62,025 bases of DNA from an uncultured virus (IMG/VR IMGVR_UViG_3300028840_007129) (taxonomy: Duplodnaviria > Heunggongvirae > Uroviricota > Caudoviricetes). A program made the translations under genes and the position numbers. How positions within the stretch are numbered: the stretch's first letter is position 1; every line of letters starts with the position of its first letter. The notes beneath the pieces were generated by a model. The model did no database searches and had not been told where the DNA came from. It was given only the letters and a program-made list of their open reading frames with translations. Positions 47,618-57,250 of this stretch are shown piece by piece. The stretch is taken from IMG/VR virus record IMGVR_UViG_3300028840_007129; one strand, written 5' to 3'.

Positions 47618-49209
47618 GGGGTATTATCAATTAAGTTATAAGCTATTATCCTCAAATTAGATGCAAGAGTCTTTTTACCGCCAAATTGCTTGAGTAATTC
47701 TTTCTTTGCCCTTGATTTCGTTAATCTTTTACCTTTCTCAGCATAGTCGTCTGCAATATCAGTCAGAAGTTTTTTTGCTTTCCCTACATCCGGTCCTGAC
47801 TTCAGGCCTAAAAGTTTCATTATTTCTTTTCCATCGAGTACGGGCTCAGCTTTGATTGGTAATTTTCTGGCTTCCTCTATTTTTTTTCGGAGATCCGGGA
47901 TATTTTCTGAACTAGGTATCCTACCTAATTCATCTGCACGGGAGAGGTCTAAGACGGCATCTATTGTCTCCTCGCCGACATCCCGGACGAACTTTCTTAG
48001 AGTTTTCACTGAAGGCTTATCCCCAATACGGTGAGCCCTCATATGATATTTAACCATCTTTTTTACTTTATCGATGGTTTTGTTATCGAATTTGAGCCTC
48101 TTCAGAATAGCTGCAGCAATTTCAGAACCAACGTCGTCATGCCCATAGAAAGTAATCTTATCCTCTAAGAGATCTTGAGTTTTAGGTTTTCCAATATCAT
48201 GGAGTAGCGCGGCTAACTGAGACTCTATGCCCGGTTTCGTGTTATCGAGGACCATCAGGGTGTGCCTATAAACATCCCCCTCTGAATGGTGTTTCTCTGG
48301 TTGTTTTACCCCCTTGAGGGCTTCAACCTCAGGAAGCACATGTTTGAGGAGACCCGTAGCGCTCATGATTTTGACAGCTTTTTTCAGCTTACCCAATTTC
48401 ATTATTTTTTCGAGTTCTTCTTTTATTCTCTCAGAAGATATGATCTCTATTCGGTCAGCGTTCCTTTTAACCGTTTTGAGAACAGAGCGTGGTATATCCC
48501 AGCCATACTTGGCCTGAAACCTGATGAGGCGCAGCATCCGAAGGGGGTCATCATTAAATATTTTATCCAGGGATACGCCAGGATGACCCCTGAGAATACC
48601 TTTAGCGATGTCTTCCTTACTTACACCGGTAGCATCTTCGATTTCTCCCGTGGTCATATCCTTCAAAAGCATATTTACTGTGAAGTCCCTACGTTCTATA
48701 TCCTCCTTGAGGTCCGCTGGTAAGGTCTGTCTCTGTCTTGAAGATGGGTCAGGAAATACCTCTTTCATTGTATCAGCAAACTCGATGACAGCGCCACGCG
48801 TATGGTACTTTTCACTCTTGTAGGTAATGTCCTTTTTGAAGGTTATCTGCCAAATGGGGTATCCTTTTCCAAGCTGTCTGGGCTTAGATACCGGGTTATT
48901 CGAGGTTCCAGAGAAGAGCTCTTTTACCTTATCCCATAGAGTTTTTTTATTAAAAGTATCATAGATAAAATTAGTGACCTTCTCGGCCCCGTCTCTCATA
49001 TTCACTACTATGTCCAAATCTTTGGACTCAATAGATGGATCATTCTTAATAAGGCTGAGGTACTCATCTCTTACATACCCGCCTACAGCCTTTAGTTTAC
49101 CGGCAAACTCTGTTCCTGGCAGGAAAGATTTTAGGAATCTCTCTACTTCTTTTTCAGCACTTGTAGATATCAGATGCAAGTATGCCTCTACTATTCTTTG
49201 GGCTCTCAT
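47614..49209 (-). CDS. cca: CCA-adding tRNA nucleotidyltransferase with HD domain
   Basis: VGGYVRD, KDLDI, RRDFTVN, DDPLRMLR, ERIKEEL, LLHDIGK; adjacent to tRNA array. Confidence 0.9.
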   Translation of the reverse strand: MRAQRIVEAYLHLISTSAEKEVERFLKSFLPGTEFAGKLKAVGGYVRDEYLSLIKNDPSIESKDLDIVVNMRDGAEKVTNFIYDTFNKKTLWDKVKELFSGTSNNPVSKPRQLGKGYPIWQITFKKDITYKSEKYHTRGAVIEFADTMKEVFPDPSSRQRQTLPADLKEDIERRDFTVNMLLKDMTTGEIEDATGVSKEDIAKGILRGHPGVSLDKIFNDDPLRMLRLIRFQAKYGWDIPRSVLKTVKRNADRIEIISSERIKEELEKIMKLGKLKKAVKIMSATGLLKHVLPEVEALKGVKQPEKHHSEGDVYRHTLMVLDNTKPGIESQLAALLHDIGKPKTQDLLEDKITFYGHDDVGSEIAAAILKRLKFDNKTIDKVKKMVKYHMRAHRIGDKPSVKTLRKFVRDVGEETIDAVLDLSRADELGRIPSSENIPDLRKKIEEARKLPIKAEPVLDGKEIMKLLGLKSGPDVGKAKKLLTDIADDYAEKGKRLTKSRAKKELLKQFGGKKTLASNLRIIAYNLIDNTP

Positions 49210-49324
49210 GATAATCTCCTTTGCAGAGCCGCAATTATAAAAAGATAATTTCTTTATTAACTCATTGGCAATATTAGAGTTATTATCTATTAATCTCCCC
49301 TATATATAAAAAGGGGGGATAATA

Positions 49325-49852
49325 ATGCTTGATAATCTATGGTCGGCTATAAAAAAGATAGCTACTCTTTCAACTTATTCAGTAGAGGACCTGGTTGAGG
49401 TTCTCAGTAAATTGGAGGACTTTTTAAAAGAGGAACCCGCTGAAAGTTTCATAAAGGAGTCTTCACAATGCCTCTCTTTTAAATTTGAGAATATACCCCT
49501 TTATATAAACCCTCAGTCTATTTTAAGGCTTAAGGATACCCTCTCTGAATATCCCGGTGTCTTCAGGTCGGGGGTTGATGTTGTTCCTAATATTAAACCC
49601 AGTTTTCTTCATTTACTTGGCCAATTTCTTGTAGTAATAGATTCAAAGCTCAGTTGTATGGGTTTTAATAAGAACAGTAACGACCCTATCAATAAAGCTC
49701 TAAAAGAATTACATAAAATATGGGGTTCGGGAAAAAGTATGAGAGCTGATTCTTTAATATTTAGATTTAAGGGTAAGAGTAATTCAGAGGCTAGAACCGA
49801 CCTTTTAAAAAGAATAAATGAGTCAAAAAAAGTTCTTTTGAACATCATCTGA
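49325..49852 (+). CDS. hypothetical protein
   Basis: 175 aa with G-rich RBS. Confidence 0.7.
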   Translation: MLDNLWSAIKKIATLSTYSVEDLVEVLSKLEDFLKEEPAESFIKESSQCLSFKFENIPLYINPQSILRLKDTLSEYPGVFRSGVDVVPNIKPSFLHLLGQFLVVIDSKLSCMGFNKNSNDPINKALKELHKIWGSGKSMRADSLIFRFKGKSNSEARTDLLKRINESKKVLLNII

Positions 49853-50052
49853 GGAATCCTCTCGTTTATGAGAGGAGCATCTTTTTTCGGAAAGAGGGCA
49901 GATAGCAGTCATGACTATGAACCATGACCTCTCCTCTTCGCAGTACGTTAATCGCGCCTACTACGTCAGCGTGATTCCCGTAACCGCAGTCCAGGCACCG
50001 GAAAATCTCCCCGTGGCGGTTCTCCTTATGTCTGGCTCCGCAAGCAGGTTCT
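49847..50052 (-). pseudogene. tnpB: tnpB C-terminal remnant with right-end-like sequence
   Basis: CGARHKENRHGEIFRCLDCGYGNHADVVGAINVLRRG (Zn ribbon + RuvC-III), then hairpin and TTCCTCAG. Confidence 0.75.
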
Positions 50053-50063
50053 CCATAAGAGCT

Positions 50064-50136
50064 CCCTTTTAATTATACGGTTCTGGTCACCTAGGTCTGC
50101 CCATAAGCACGCCCTTTTAATTATACGGTTCTGGTC
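50064..50136 (-). repeat. 25-bp direct repeat (48-bp period) containing TATAAT on the minus strand
   Basis: CCCTTTTAATTATACGGTTCTGGTC at 50064 and 50112. Confidence 0.85.
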
Positions 50137-50241
50137 CTATAGATTTTCCTAGTTTCTTATCATTTTTAGTATATTACAAGACAGGCCTTTAAATTTAAAG
50201 GAGTTACTTTATATTTTCCTTGAAATTAGTTATAATTATAT

Positions 50242-50499
50242 ATGAATGGTATCAATGACCTAAGATTATCCCCTGAGAGACAAGATCTTAAGGTAAACAG
50301 ACGGAGCGCGTTTCAGAAAGAGTATCTTGGCGAATGGGTTGAATCTACTGTCTTAAAAACAGGAAGTGTTAATCGATTAGGAGATATGTACTCTGAAGAG
50401 GCTATTAACCGCATGTATAGTGAATGGAGGGATAAAGTCAGCAAACGCATCTTTTCTAAAGGCACGAATATCAGTGCGTGTCTGATGGGGGACTTATGA
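50242..50499 (+). CDS. hypothetical protein
   Basis: 85 aa; TATAAT just upstream. Confidence 0.55.
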   Translation: MNGINDLRLSPERQDLKVNRRSAFQKEYLGEWVESTVLKTGSVNRLGDMYSEEAINRMYSEWRDKVSKRIFSKGTNISACLMGDL

Positions 50500-51155
50500 G
50501 AGACGTTACCAGAATCATAGACAGGATAATCAAAGCGGACCCGTCTTCCGAGACCGATCTCGTCTCTCTGCGTAGGAAGTTCAGAAGATACCCTCATAAG
50601 AAAGAGGCCTATTGGAAAGAGCTCGTTGACTACCTCGGTTCCAAGTATGCACAGGGTCATCCGAAAAGGGATGAGATCAGAAAGATTCTTATAGGAACTC
50701 CAAAAAAGGTAATCAAGAAAAACTATACCTTTGAAGAAGTGTCCCCGAAAGACTGCATAGTCGGGCTTATTCCTGAGAATATTTCCGATAAAATAAAGGC
50801 ATATGACCGAAAGAGTATCGAACTAGCTAAGAAGCAGGTAGAAGCTAACCTCACTCGGAATACTGAGTTAATAATAGAGGTATCCAGAAAAGGATATCTC
50901 CTTGAGATATATCTTAAAAAAATATGGGTAGAGGTTAAGGATCACTTTGGTCTCTGGGATAAACCGGAGGGCTTTGTAATAAAAAAGAAGGATTCATTAT
51001 TATACCTGGCAGTGCTCCCTCAGGAAGTTGTTCAGAGAAAACCTATGAGCTTCATAGGTGGGGACCCCAGGGCTATAATGGATTTCCTGAAGAAATTAGG
51101 CTTTTCTGGAGGAAATGATGAAGAAGATGCTCAGGAAGGTGATAGCGACCTTTAG
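50496..51155 (+). CDS. hypothetical protein
   Basis: start MRDVTR overlapping the upstream stop. Confidence 0.75.
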   Translation: MRDVTRIIDRIIKADPSSETDLVSLRRKFRRYPHKKEAYWKELVDYLGSKYAQGHPKRDEIRKILIGTPKKVIKKNYTFEEVSPKDCIVGLIPENISDKIKAYDRKSIELAKKQVEANLTRNTELIIEVSRKGYLLEIYLKKIWVEVKDHFGLWDKPEGFVIKKKDSLLYLAVLPQEVVQRKPMSFIGGDPRAIMDFLKKLGFSGGNDEEDAQEGDSDL

Positions 51156-51705
51156 AGAAAAAACAGCTCACGACTTCAGTTGCTTGATGTGTGACCTTCC
51201 TCTAGACATCGCGTTTGAGGTCATCAGCTGGGGTAAGCACATCATCCCAGAAAAAGATCTGGCTTCAAACGGCCGGGAGACCCAAATACACGTTACTGTG
51301 AAATATGGGATACACATCTCAGACTTTACGGAAATTCGGAATTACTTCTATAACTGCAAGCCATTTTATATTATCCTAGGAAGTACACAATTCTTTTCAA
51401 ATGACGAGCATGATGTTATTTATCTGCCCGTCTCTTCTCCTGAACTCCATCAGTTGAATGGTATAGTTTCATCATCCTTCAAGAATACTGATACCCACCC
51501 GGAATATATTCCCCATATTACTATAGCCTATGTTAAAGCTGGTCTTGGGCCTCGGTATAATAATCTCTCAAGATTTGATGGAAAAAAGGTCCTGATCAGT
51601 TCTGCAATATTTTCAGGAAGGGATAACCGAGAGACAACCTTCAACTTTTTCGATTATGATACTCTTCATAAAGCCTTCGAGATAGGCAATAAGGTGTCAC
51701 AATGA
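51115..51705 (+). CDS. 2H phosphoesterase (2'-5' RNA ligase superfamily; Acb1-like candidate)
   Basis: HVTVKYG and YIPHITIAY. Confidence 0.8.
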   Translation: MMKKMLRKVIATFREKTAHDFSCLMCDLPLDIAFEVISWGKHIIPEKDLASNGRETQIHVTVKYGIHISDFTEIRNYFYNCKPFYIILGSTQFFSNDEHDVIYLPVSSPELHQLNGIVSSSFKNTDTHPEYIPHITIAYVKAGLGPRYNNLSRFDGKKVLISSAIFSGRDNRETTFNFFDYDTLHKAFEIGNKVSQ

Positions 51706-52007
51706 TAGAAGCTAAGAACGTTGATGCTTTCCTTGAGTGCGTGAGTGAGTTTAATAGTGAGGCTCTATATCCGACAGATCTTAAAGAAGCTATTATTGGA
51801 ATAGTAGAACGTTTCGGTATGGAGCCCATTGTGCTCTTAGATAAGGACAAGTGCCTTGAAATCTATATGAAGCGCGATGGAATGACCTATGATGAGGCAT
51901 TGGAGTTCTTCGATTTTAACGTAATCGGATCCTGGATGGGTGAGGGCACTCCTGCCTTTGCTACTCTGATTAAAACTGACGAATCCCATCAAACTTCAGA
52001 AGAATAG
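51702..52007 (+). CDS. hypothetical phage protein
   Basis: MTYDEALEFFDFNVIGSWMGEGTP. Confidence 0.75.
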   Translation: MIEAKNVDAFLECVSEFNSEALYPTDLKEAIIGIVERFGMEPIVLLDKDKCLEIYMKRDGMTYDEALEFFDFNVIGSWMGEGTPAFATLIKTDESHQTSEE

Positions 52008-52683
52008 GCGGTCTTCCCAGTCTCGTTTTTCTTTCCTTTTTTGGCCCCTTTGTTATCTGCCTGATTTTATATGATGCCATTATTTTTCTCCTGAAGTTTG
52101 CCGTTATCATCTTCTTTCCGAGTACCGACTCGTATACTGATTGTAACCGACTCCAGGTGAACCTTTCCGGAACAAGGGCAAAGGCGATCGGGGAATATAA
52201 AATTTTTCCTCTTAATCTTGATAACAGGTCGGATAGGATCTCCTTATGGTCGAATGCAAGCTCAGGGAGTTCCCTGAATGAGAACCATTGAGCTTCTTTT
52301 GCATCACTATCGGCTGTGATCTTCTGTTCCTGGAAGGCTTCCCAAGGTATTAAAGCAAAATAGGCTACCGTTATTACTCTCGTTCTTGGATCTCTTTCGG
52401 GGTCACCATATGTTTTCAGTTGTTCTAAATAGATATCATGTAGATTAGTCTCTTCTCTTAGCTCCCTCATGGCTGTCTCTTCAAGAGTTTCCTTCTTATC
52501 TACTTCCAAGAAGCCCCCCGGAATAGCCCAGCAATCCCTGTAGGGAGGGTACTTTCTTTTTATAAGAAGGACCTTAAGGATGCCACCAATTATAGTACAG
52601 ATAGCTATATCAACTGTAACTGAAGGCTTCTTATATCTGTTCTCGTCATAATTAGAGAGGTCATCTTTGAGGTCTTCAGGCAT
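51970..52683 (-). CDS. nrtR: Nudix + wHTH regulator (NrtR-like)
   Basis: WAIPGGF...AMRELREET, RDPR, LAFDH, NFRRK, GRPP. Confidence 0.85.
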   Translation of the reverse strand: MPEDLKDDLSNYDENRYKKPSVTVDIAICTIIGGILKVLLIKRKYPPYRDCWAIPGGFLEVDKKETLEETAMRELREETNLHDIYLEQLKTYGDPERDPRTRVITVAYFALIPWEAFQEQKITADSDAKEAQWFSFRELPELAFDHKEILSDLLSRLRGKILYSPIAFALVPERFTWSRLQSVYESVLGKKMITANFRRKIMASYKIRQITKGPKKERKTRLGRPPILLKFDGIRQF

Positions 52684-53584
52684 TTTTCTCTCCGAGTGCG
52701 TCATATATGATTTCTTCGAGATGGTCTACTCGATGTATTGCTGCGTGTCCGTTATGAACGGTTCTCAAACCTCTAATAGCTATTCTTTCTCTTTCTCGGT
52801 CATTCTTAAGATAATACCTAATTTTGTCTACAGCCTCTTCTAAGCTATCATAATAGACTATATCTTTATCCTCGGTGAAAATAGACCCAATACCAGTGTC
52901 TATCTGAAGTCTATCTGTAATTACCAATTTTCCACATGCCGCTCCCTCGAATATTCTCCTGGTTATCTCTTTGTATTGAGAACATTGAAAAACCATCTTA
53001 CTGCTGCACATAAAGTCTACGTATTCTTTTCCCCTGAGATATCGTGTATTAGTAAAAGAAAGACCCAGTCTATTCTTAATTCCCTCTGTCAGACCATTCC
53101 CTCTCGGACCACAGGTGGTAACACAATCGTAAACAATAGGGCATTCCCTATTAACCCTGAAAAGGCCCGTATCTGCATGTTGGGGCCACCAGAAAGATGG
53201 TTTCCCATATTCTTTATAACGAAGACTGCACTGATAATCGGGGGTAAGAACAATATCGAACTTATCTATTTTATTTGCATTAGCGACGAACCTCTGTGGG
53301 TCATCACCGGCTTCAAGTACAAAAAGGGATGAAGGACTGAGTTCTCTAGTGAATAGGGGACTATCGAACTGACCAAAGTCCATCTGAAAGACTACGTCAT
53401 ATTTGATAGATCCACTTTTTATTAGGAAATCTACTACGCATTCTGTTGAATAATTAACTGAGTTTCTCTGGAAAAGATTATAATGATGAACTAAATGACC
53501 CCTGTTTTCAAGCTCCCTATGAATCCCAATAGGGGTAGACCATATATCCTCTGGTCCCTTAGCATAGAACATCGCAATGTTCAT
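52676..53584 (-). CDS. glycosyltransferase (GT-B, CgeB-like)
   Basis: RRIFEGAACG...YYLKNDRERERIA. Confidence 0.82.
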   Translation of the reverse strand: MNIAMFYAKGPEDIWSTPIGIHRELENRGHLVHHYNLFQRNSVNYSTECVVDFLIKSGSIKYDVVFQMDFGQFDSPLFTRELSPSSLFVLEAGDDPQRFVANANKIDKFDIVLTPDYQCSLRYKEYGKPSFWWPQHADTGLFRVNRECPIVYDCVTTCGPRGNGLTEGIKNRLGLSFTNTRYLRGKEYVDFMCSSKMVFQCSQYKEITRRIFEGAACGKLVITDRLQIDTGIGSIFTEDKDIVYYDSLEEAVDKIRYYLKNDRERERIAIRGLRTVHNGHAAIHRVDHLEEIIYDALGEKNA

Positions 53585-53585
53585 G

Positions 53586-53939
53586 TTAGTCTCTTTTAGT
53601 GGAAAATATAATAAGCTTGAGTAAGTCCCGGAATTTATTTCTTTTCTTTTTCTCCTCTTCCTCTCGGATTTTCCACGCTAACATATCGAAATCTATTTTA
53701 TATTCACCACCTTCCCAGAGAAGATTTCTATCTATAAGGTTAGTAAAACGGGCCTTATGTCCGTTGAACTGTATTGTAGGTCTAAAATTACCGTCACCGT
53801 CTGCATAGAATGCGGTCCATCGGCTGCTGCCCATATTACCGAGGTTCACCCAGGTCGCAAGCATATCCTCAATTGCGATAAGTTGAGGCTTTGTAAGGCC
53901 CCCTATTTTTATTCTTGCCGTGAATAACCTTTTTCTCAT
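53586..53939 (-). CDS. hypothetical protein
   Basis: GSSRWTAFYADGDGNFRP. Confidence 0.7.
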   Translation of the reverse strand: MRKRLFTARIKIGGLTKPQLIAIEDMLATWVNLGNMGSSRWTAFYADGDGNFRPTIQFNGHKARFTNLIDRNLLWEGGEYKIDFDMLAWKIREEEEKKKRNKFRDLLKLIIFSTKRD

Positions 53940-55627
53940 TTTTTCCCCTTTAGGGAAACAGAATGAATTTTAGTCCTGTTTATAAACATGACATTGGGCC
54001 CCTCGTGGTAAAGTCTCATGCTGGAGTCAAAAGGTGGGTCTTGAATGACCTTAATTTTATTGAAGTCAGAAAAGACCTCTACTCTTATATCTTCAATGAC
54101 AGATACACAGATACCGTTAGGTAGAAGGGTAAAGTTAATTTTATCGAGTGATGAATCATCAATTTTTAGGGAATAGATACCCGGATTATTGAGATCTAAT
54201 CTTATGAAGAATCTCTTGTATGAACCTCTAAGCTCACCAATGAATGAGCAGTAACCTATAGCATGATTAGCATCAAATTTTGCATCTATAATTCTGAATC
54301 CATCAGCCTCTTTTATATGAAGATTGAGACAATATCCCTCTTTATATGGTATGGCCAGCCAGCACGTTCCCAGAATGTTTTGTACCACTACCCCATCAAA
54401 GACATCATAGGCAGTGAAGACGTTACCTACGATTTTAGTATGATGGACCAGCTTTTGAAACATTGAACATGAGTGCTCAACTAAATTACCATAGCTTATT
54501 GAGTATACTCGATTATCAAAGCTAAAGAGCGCCTCAGCATTCGTGGAAGCTATTTCACCTCCATTAATGTCACAGAAGCGTGCTTTATTACCATTGAAAA
54601 ATACCAGAAAAGGAGTGCTTCCGATAACACGGCCTATAGCGGCTTTTTGAGTCACGGGAAATTTGTGCAGGGGCTTGCTATCTGCATATATTTCCCCTGC
54701 ACCTATAGCATATCTAATACCCTCAAGATAATGAGCGGATCTAATGTTGCTGGCGTAGGATTGAGCTAGACTGATTTCAAAATCTTCATTACTGGGTATG
54801 AGTACCGGTTGAGGAGCACCTACAGGTCCTGGAGCGTCTGCAAAAGGCGGTATAGACCTTTCTCTATCTTCGAAGACTCTTTTAAACCAGTCGTTATGCC
54901 TCCTAGGGATTACAGCCCAGTCCTGGCATCCTGCGGGGAGCCGTACGCCCTGATGATAGACACTGACATTGTCGTCCATCATCTTGGTCCACTCTTTGGG
55001 CTTATAATCAGGATGCCTGCCCTTATAGGGATGTATGCCCATGTAGAGTTGGAAGGCGATTACGGCAAACGAGAACCAGTCTGAGGTCTCTGTGAACTTC
55101 CCATTGGAAACAAGCCGGTCACGGACAGATTCCATCAAGGCATTAGGTGGATAAGATGGAGTCTTATAGGAATCAACATCGATGTAATAGGGGGTCTTAT
55201 AATCGAACCCGACGAGGAAGTTGAGCTCGTTGTAATCCACAACAAGACACTTACGCCGGTGTATCTCTATAAGGGTCTCCTGCATGTTTTTCACAAGCTC
55301 AGCGATCTTCTGAGGAGATATGCCGTTATCATCCCTATAAGTCTTAGTAAACAATCGACATAGGTATTCAACACCATCTACATAGGGCATTGTGAACCCT
55401 ACAGGTGTGCTGCCATCGAGCAGAAGGTCCATGGGGGCTAATACGTTTGGTATTTTGGATAGCTCTCTCAGCTCATCAATTTTTCCCGGTGGAATCATTT
55501 TAGAGGGGTCATGATAGACCTTATACCCAGTCTTTCCCTTACGATAAACGGTACCCTGCCCCCCTGAGCCTTTAAAATCGTTCTTGCTAAGGGTAATGCT
55601 GCCTTTACCTTTTATTGTGAGATTCAT
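53936..55627 (-). CDS. Ser/Thr kinase-like protein (YegI-like)
   Basis: GSGGQGTVY, YK, VVDYNELNFL, IDVDS, DWFSFA, HPYKG. Confidence 0.85.
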   Translation of the reverse strand: MNLTIKGKGSITLSKNDFKGSGGQGTVYRKGKTGYKVYHDPSKMIPPGKIDELRELSKIPNVLAPMDLLLDGSTPVGFTMPYVDGVEYLCRLFTKTYRDDNGISPQKIAELVKNMQETLIEIHRRKCLVVDYNELNFLVGFDYKTPYYIDVDSYKTPSYPPNALMESVRDRLVSNGKFTETSDWFSFAVIAFQLYMGIHPYKGRHPDYKPKEWTKMMDDNVSVYHQGVRLPAGCQDWAVIPRRHNDWFKRVFEDRERSIPPFADAPGPVGAPQPVLIPSNEDFEISLAQSYASNIRSAHYLEGIRYAIGAGEIYADSKPLHKFPVTQKAAIGRVIGSTPFLVFFNGNKARFCDINGGEIASTNAEALFSFDNRVYSISYGNLVEHSCSMFQKLVHHTKIVGNVFTAYDVFDGVVVQNILGTCWLAIPYKEGYCLNLHIKEADGFRIIDAKFDANHAIGYCSFIGELRGSYKRFFIRLDLNNPGIYSLKIDDSSLDKINFTLLPNGICVSVIEDIRVEVFSDFNKIKVIQDPPFDSSMRLYHEGPNVMFINRTKIHSVSLKGKK

Positions 55628-56451
55628 AGGTCACCAAAATAGATGGAGGCACAGAACAGGTCATCGAAATGTACGATATCTTCTTTTATGCTGTCCTTGA
55701 GAAAACGTTGCATGCGCCTTTTCACGAATTCACCAGTGAAACTCTTATAGGTGGTCAGCTGTCGTAAAATGGTAACCTCTGATATTTTGGTGTTGGAAAA
55801 GGACCTCTTGAAGGTGTCAGCACCATCAGAAAACAGAGAGACCCATTCAACTTTTTCTCTTTTTACGAAGAATACACGGGGGCTCTTGAGCACACCCTCC
55901 TGTTCAGTTGCAGGATTATCAGATATCCACATTCTTTCTATTTTCTGACCCTGAAACTCAAGGTTGTACCTCTGATCCCTTATGCGGTCAAGGCCGTAGG
56001 AGATATAATAGGGAGCTCCGGACGTATAGGATACTTTCTCGAAATGCGGAGAGTCATCGTTTCGGTATTTGATAACTATGTAGCCGTCGCCCCATCCAAA
56101 AACATAGAGACCCTTTTCGTTAGCAACGGCTGCCCACAAGGTGGCATCGAAGACATCTTTTTTCAGATGAAGCATCGACGATAGCGAAAGGAGTTTTCCT
56201 AGAACACACTTTTCCATGTGATAGGCGAATAGCTCGTAATCTCCATTCAGGGGTGTCGCAGTAATAAGCGTTTTAATAGCGTGAACCAGGAGCCGTGCTC
56301 CTATATCCGTGTCCTTCGATGAGGAACAGCCATCGGCTCCAATGATGATAGACATGCCTGGGCTATTCAAAGCTATGGCATAATCCTGACAGACCTCTTT
56401 ACCGTCCCCTTTGACGTAAAAGCAGTCAGCATTCATGGAATTGGGCTCCAA
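55624..56451 (-). CDS. PP2C-family phosphatase (YegK-like)
   Basis: CQD, ADGCSS, GDG, FSDG, FDD. Confidence 0.85.
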   Translation of the reverse strand: MEPNSMNADCFYVKGDGKEVCQDYAIALNSPGMSIIIGADGCSSSKDTDIGARLLVHAIKTLITATPLNGDYELFAYHMEKCVLGKLLSLSSMLHLKKDVFDATLWAAVANEKGLYVFGWGDGYIVIKYRNDDSPHFEKVSYTSGAPYYISYGLDRIRDQRYNLEFQGQKIERMWISDNPATEQEGVLKSPRVFFVKREKVEWVSLFSDGADTFKRSFSNTKISEVTILRQLTTYKSFTGEFVKRRMQRFLKDSIKEDIVHFDDLFCASIYFGDL

Positions 56452-56493
56452 GTATGTGCGGAGGGATCAGGAAGAGAATCCCCCCGCACAGAT

Positions 56494-57237
56494 TTAGAAT
56501 GTCAGGTCTTGAGAGGTCCCCCCGGTACCAAGGGCCTGCGAAGTGGAAGAAATGCTCTGGCTTACAAAGGAGGCCAGTTTTGCCAGCTTACCGGAAGTGG
56601 CTTCTCCGACCCAGACGAACTGATCGAGTCCGGCGTCATTCTTGAAGTTTTCGAGATAGGACCTGACCTCATCTTCTTCACCGACACCGATGAGGACAAC
56701 CTTCAGAGACTCTAACTTCTCCTCCTTCAGGATATCCTTCTGGATCTTTGCAATCTTTATGGGGGATCCCACCCTGGAACTGATATCCATTCCGTCCGTG
56801 ATGACGAACACGATAGCGTTGCAGAGATAGTCCATATTGAACAAGGACTCCCCATACTTCTTGCAGGCTTCAATGGCCTCCAGAGTGGCATCATACAGGT
56901 TTGTGCAGGACCCAATGTTGATGTACTGGTCATAGTCATTGGTCTTGATGTCCTTCAGGGGAACAAACCCGTGAACCTCCTGAATGCTCTCACAGAAAGT
57001 ACTGGCCCTTACGAGCATGTTTTCGGACCGGGGGCTCTTTTCACAGGCCTGAACAGCGTTTTTCAACGATTTTATAAGGTCTGTTTTGAAAGGAGAGACC
57101 GATGGCGATACATCGACAGCGATACAGGCTACCGTATACTCAGAAGCCCCGAGTTTGTTCAGAACCTTCCCGCTGAACTCGAAGTTACTCAGGGTCTTTT
57201 GAGCATCGACATCTGTTACACCCATAAGATTTGGCAT
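56494..57237 (-). CDS. vWA domain protein (TerY/YegL-like)
   Basis: MIDAS DVSPS, TNLYDA, ITDG. Confidence 0.85.
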   Translation of the reverse strand: MPNLMGVTDVDAQKTLSNFEFSGKVLNKLGASEYTVACIAVDVSPSVSPFKTDLIKSLKNAVQACEKSPRSENMLVRASTFCESIQEVHGFVPLKDIKTNDYDQYINIGSCTNLYDATLEAIEACKKYGESLFNMDYLCNAIVFVITDGMDISSRVGSPIKIAKIQKDILKEEKLESLKVVLIGVGEEDEVRSYLENFKNDAGLDQFVWVGEATSGKLAKLASFVSQSISSTSQALGTGGTSQDLTF

Positions 57238-57250
57238 GGTTTTACCCCTA

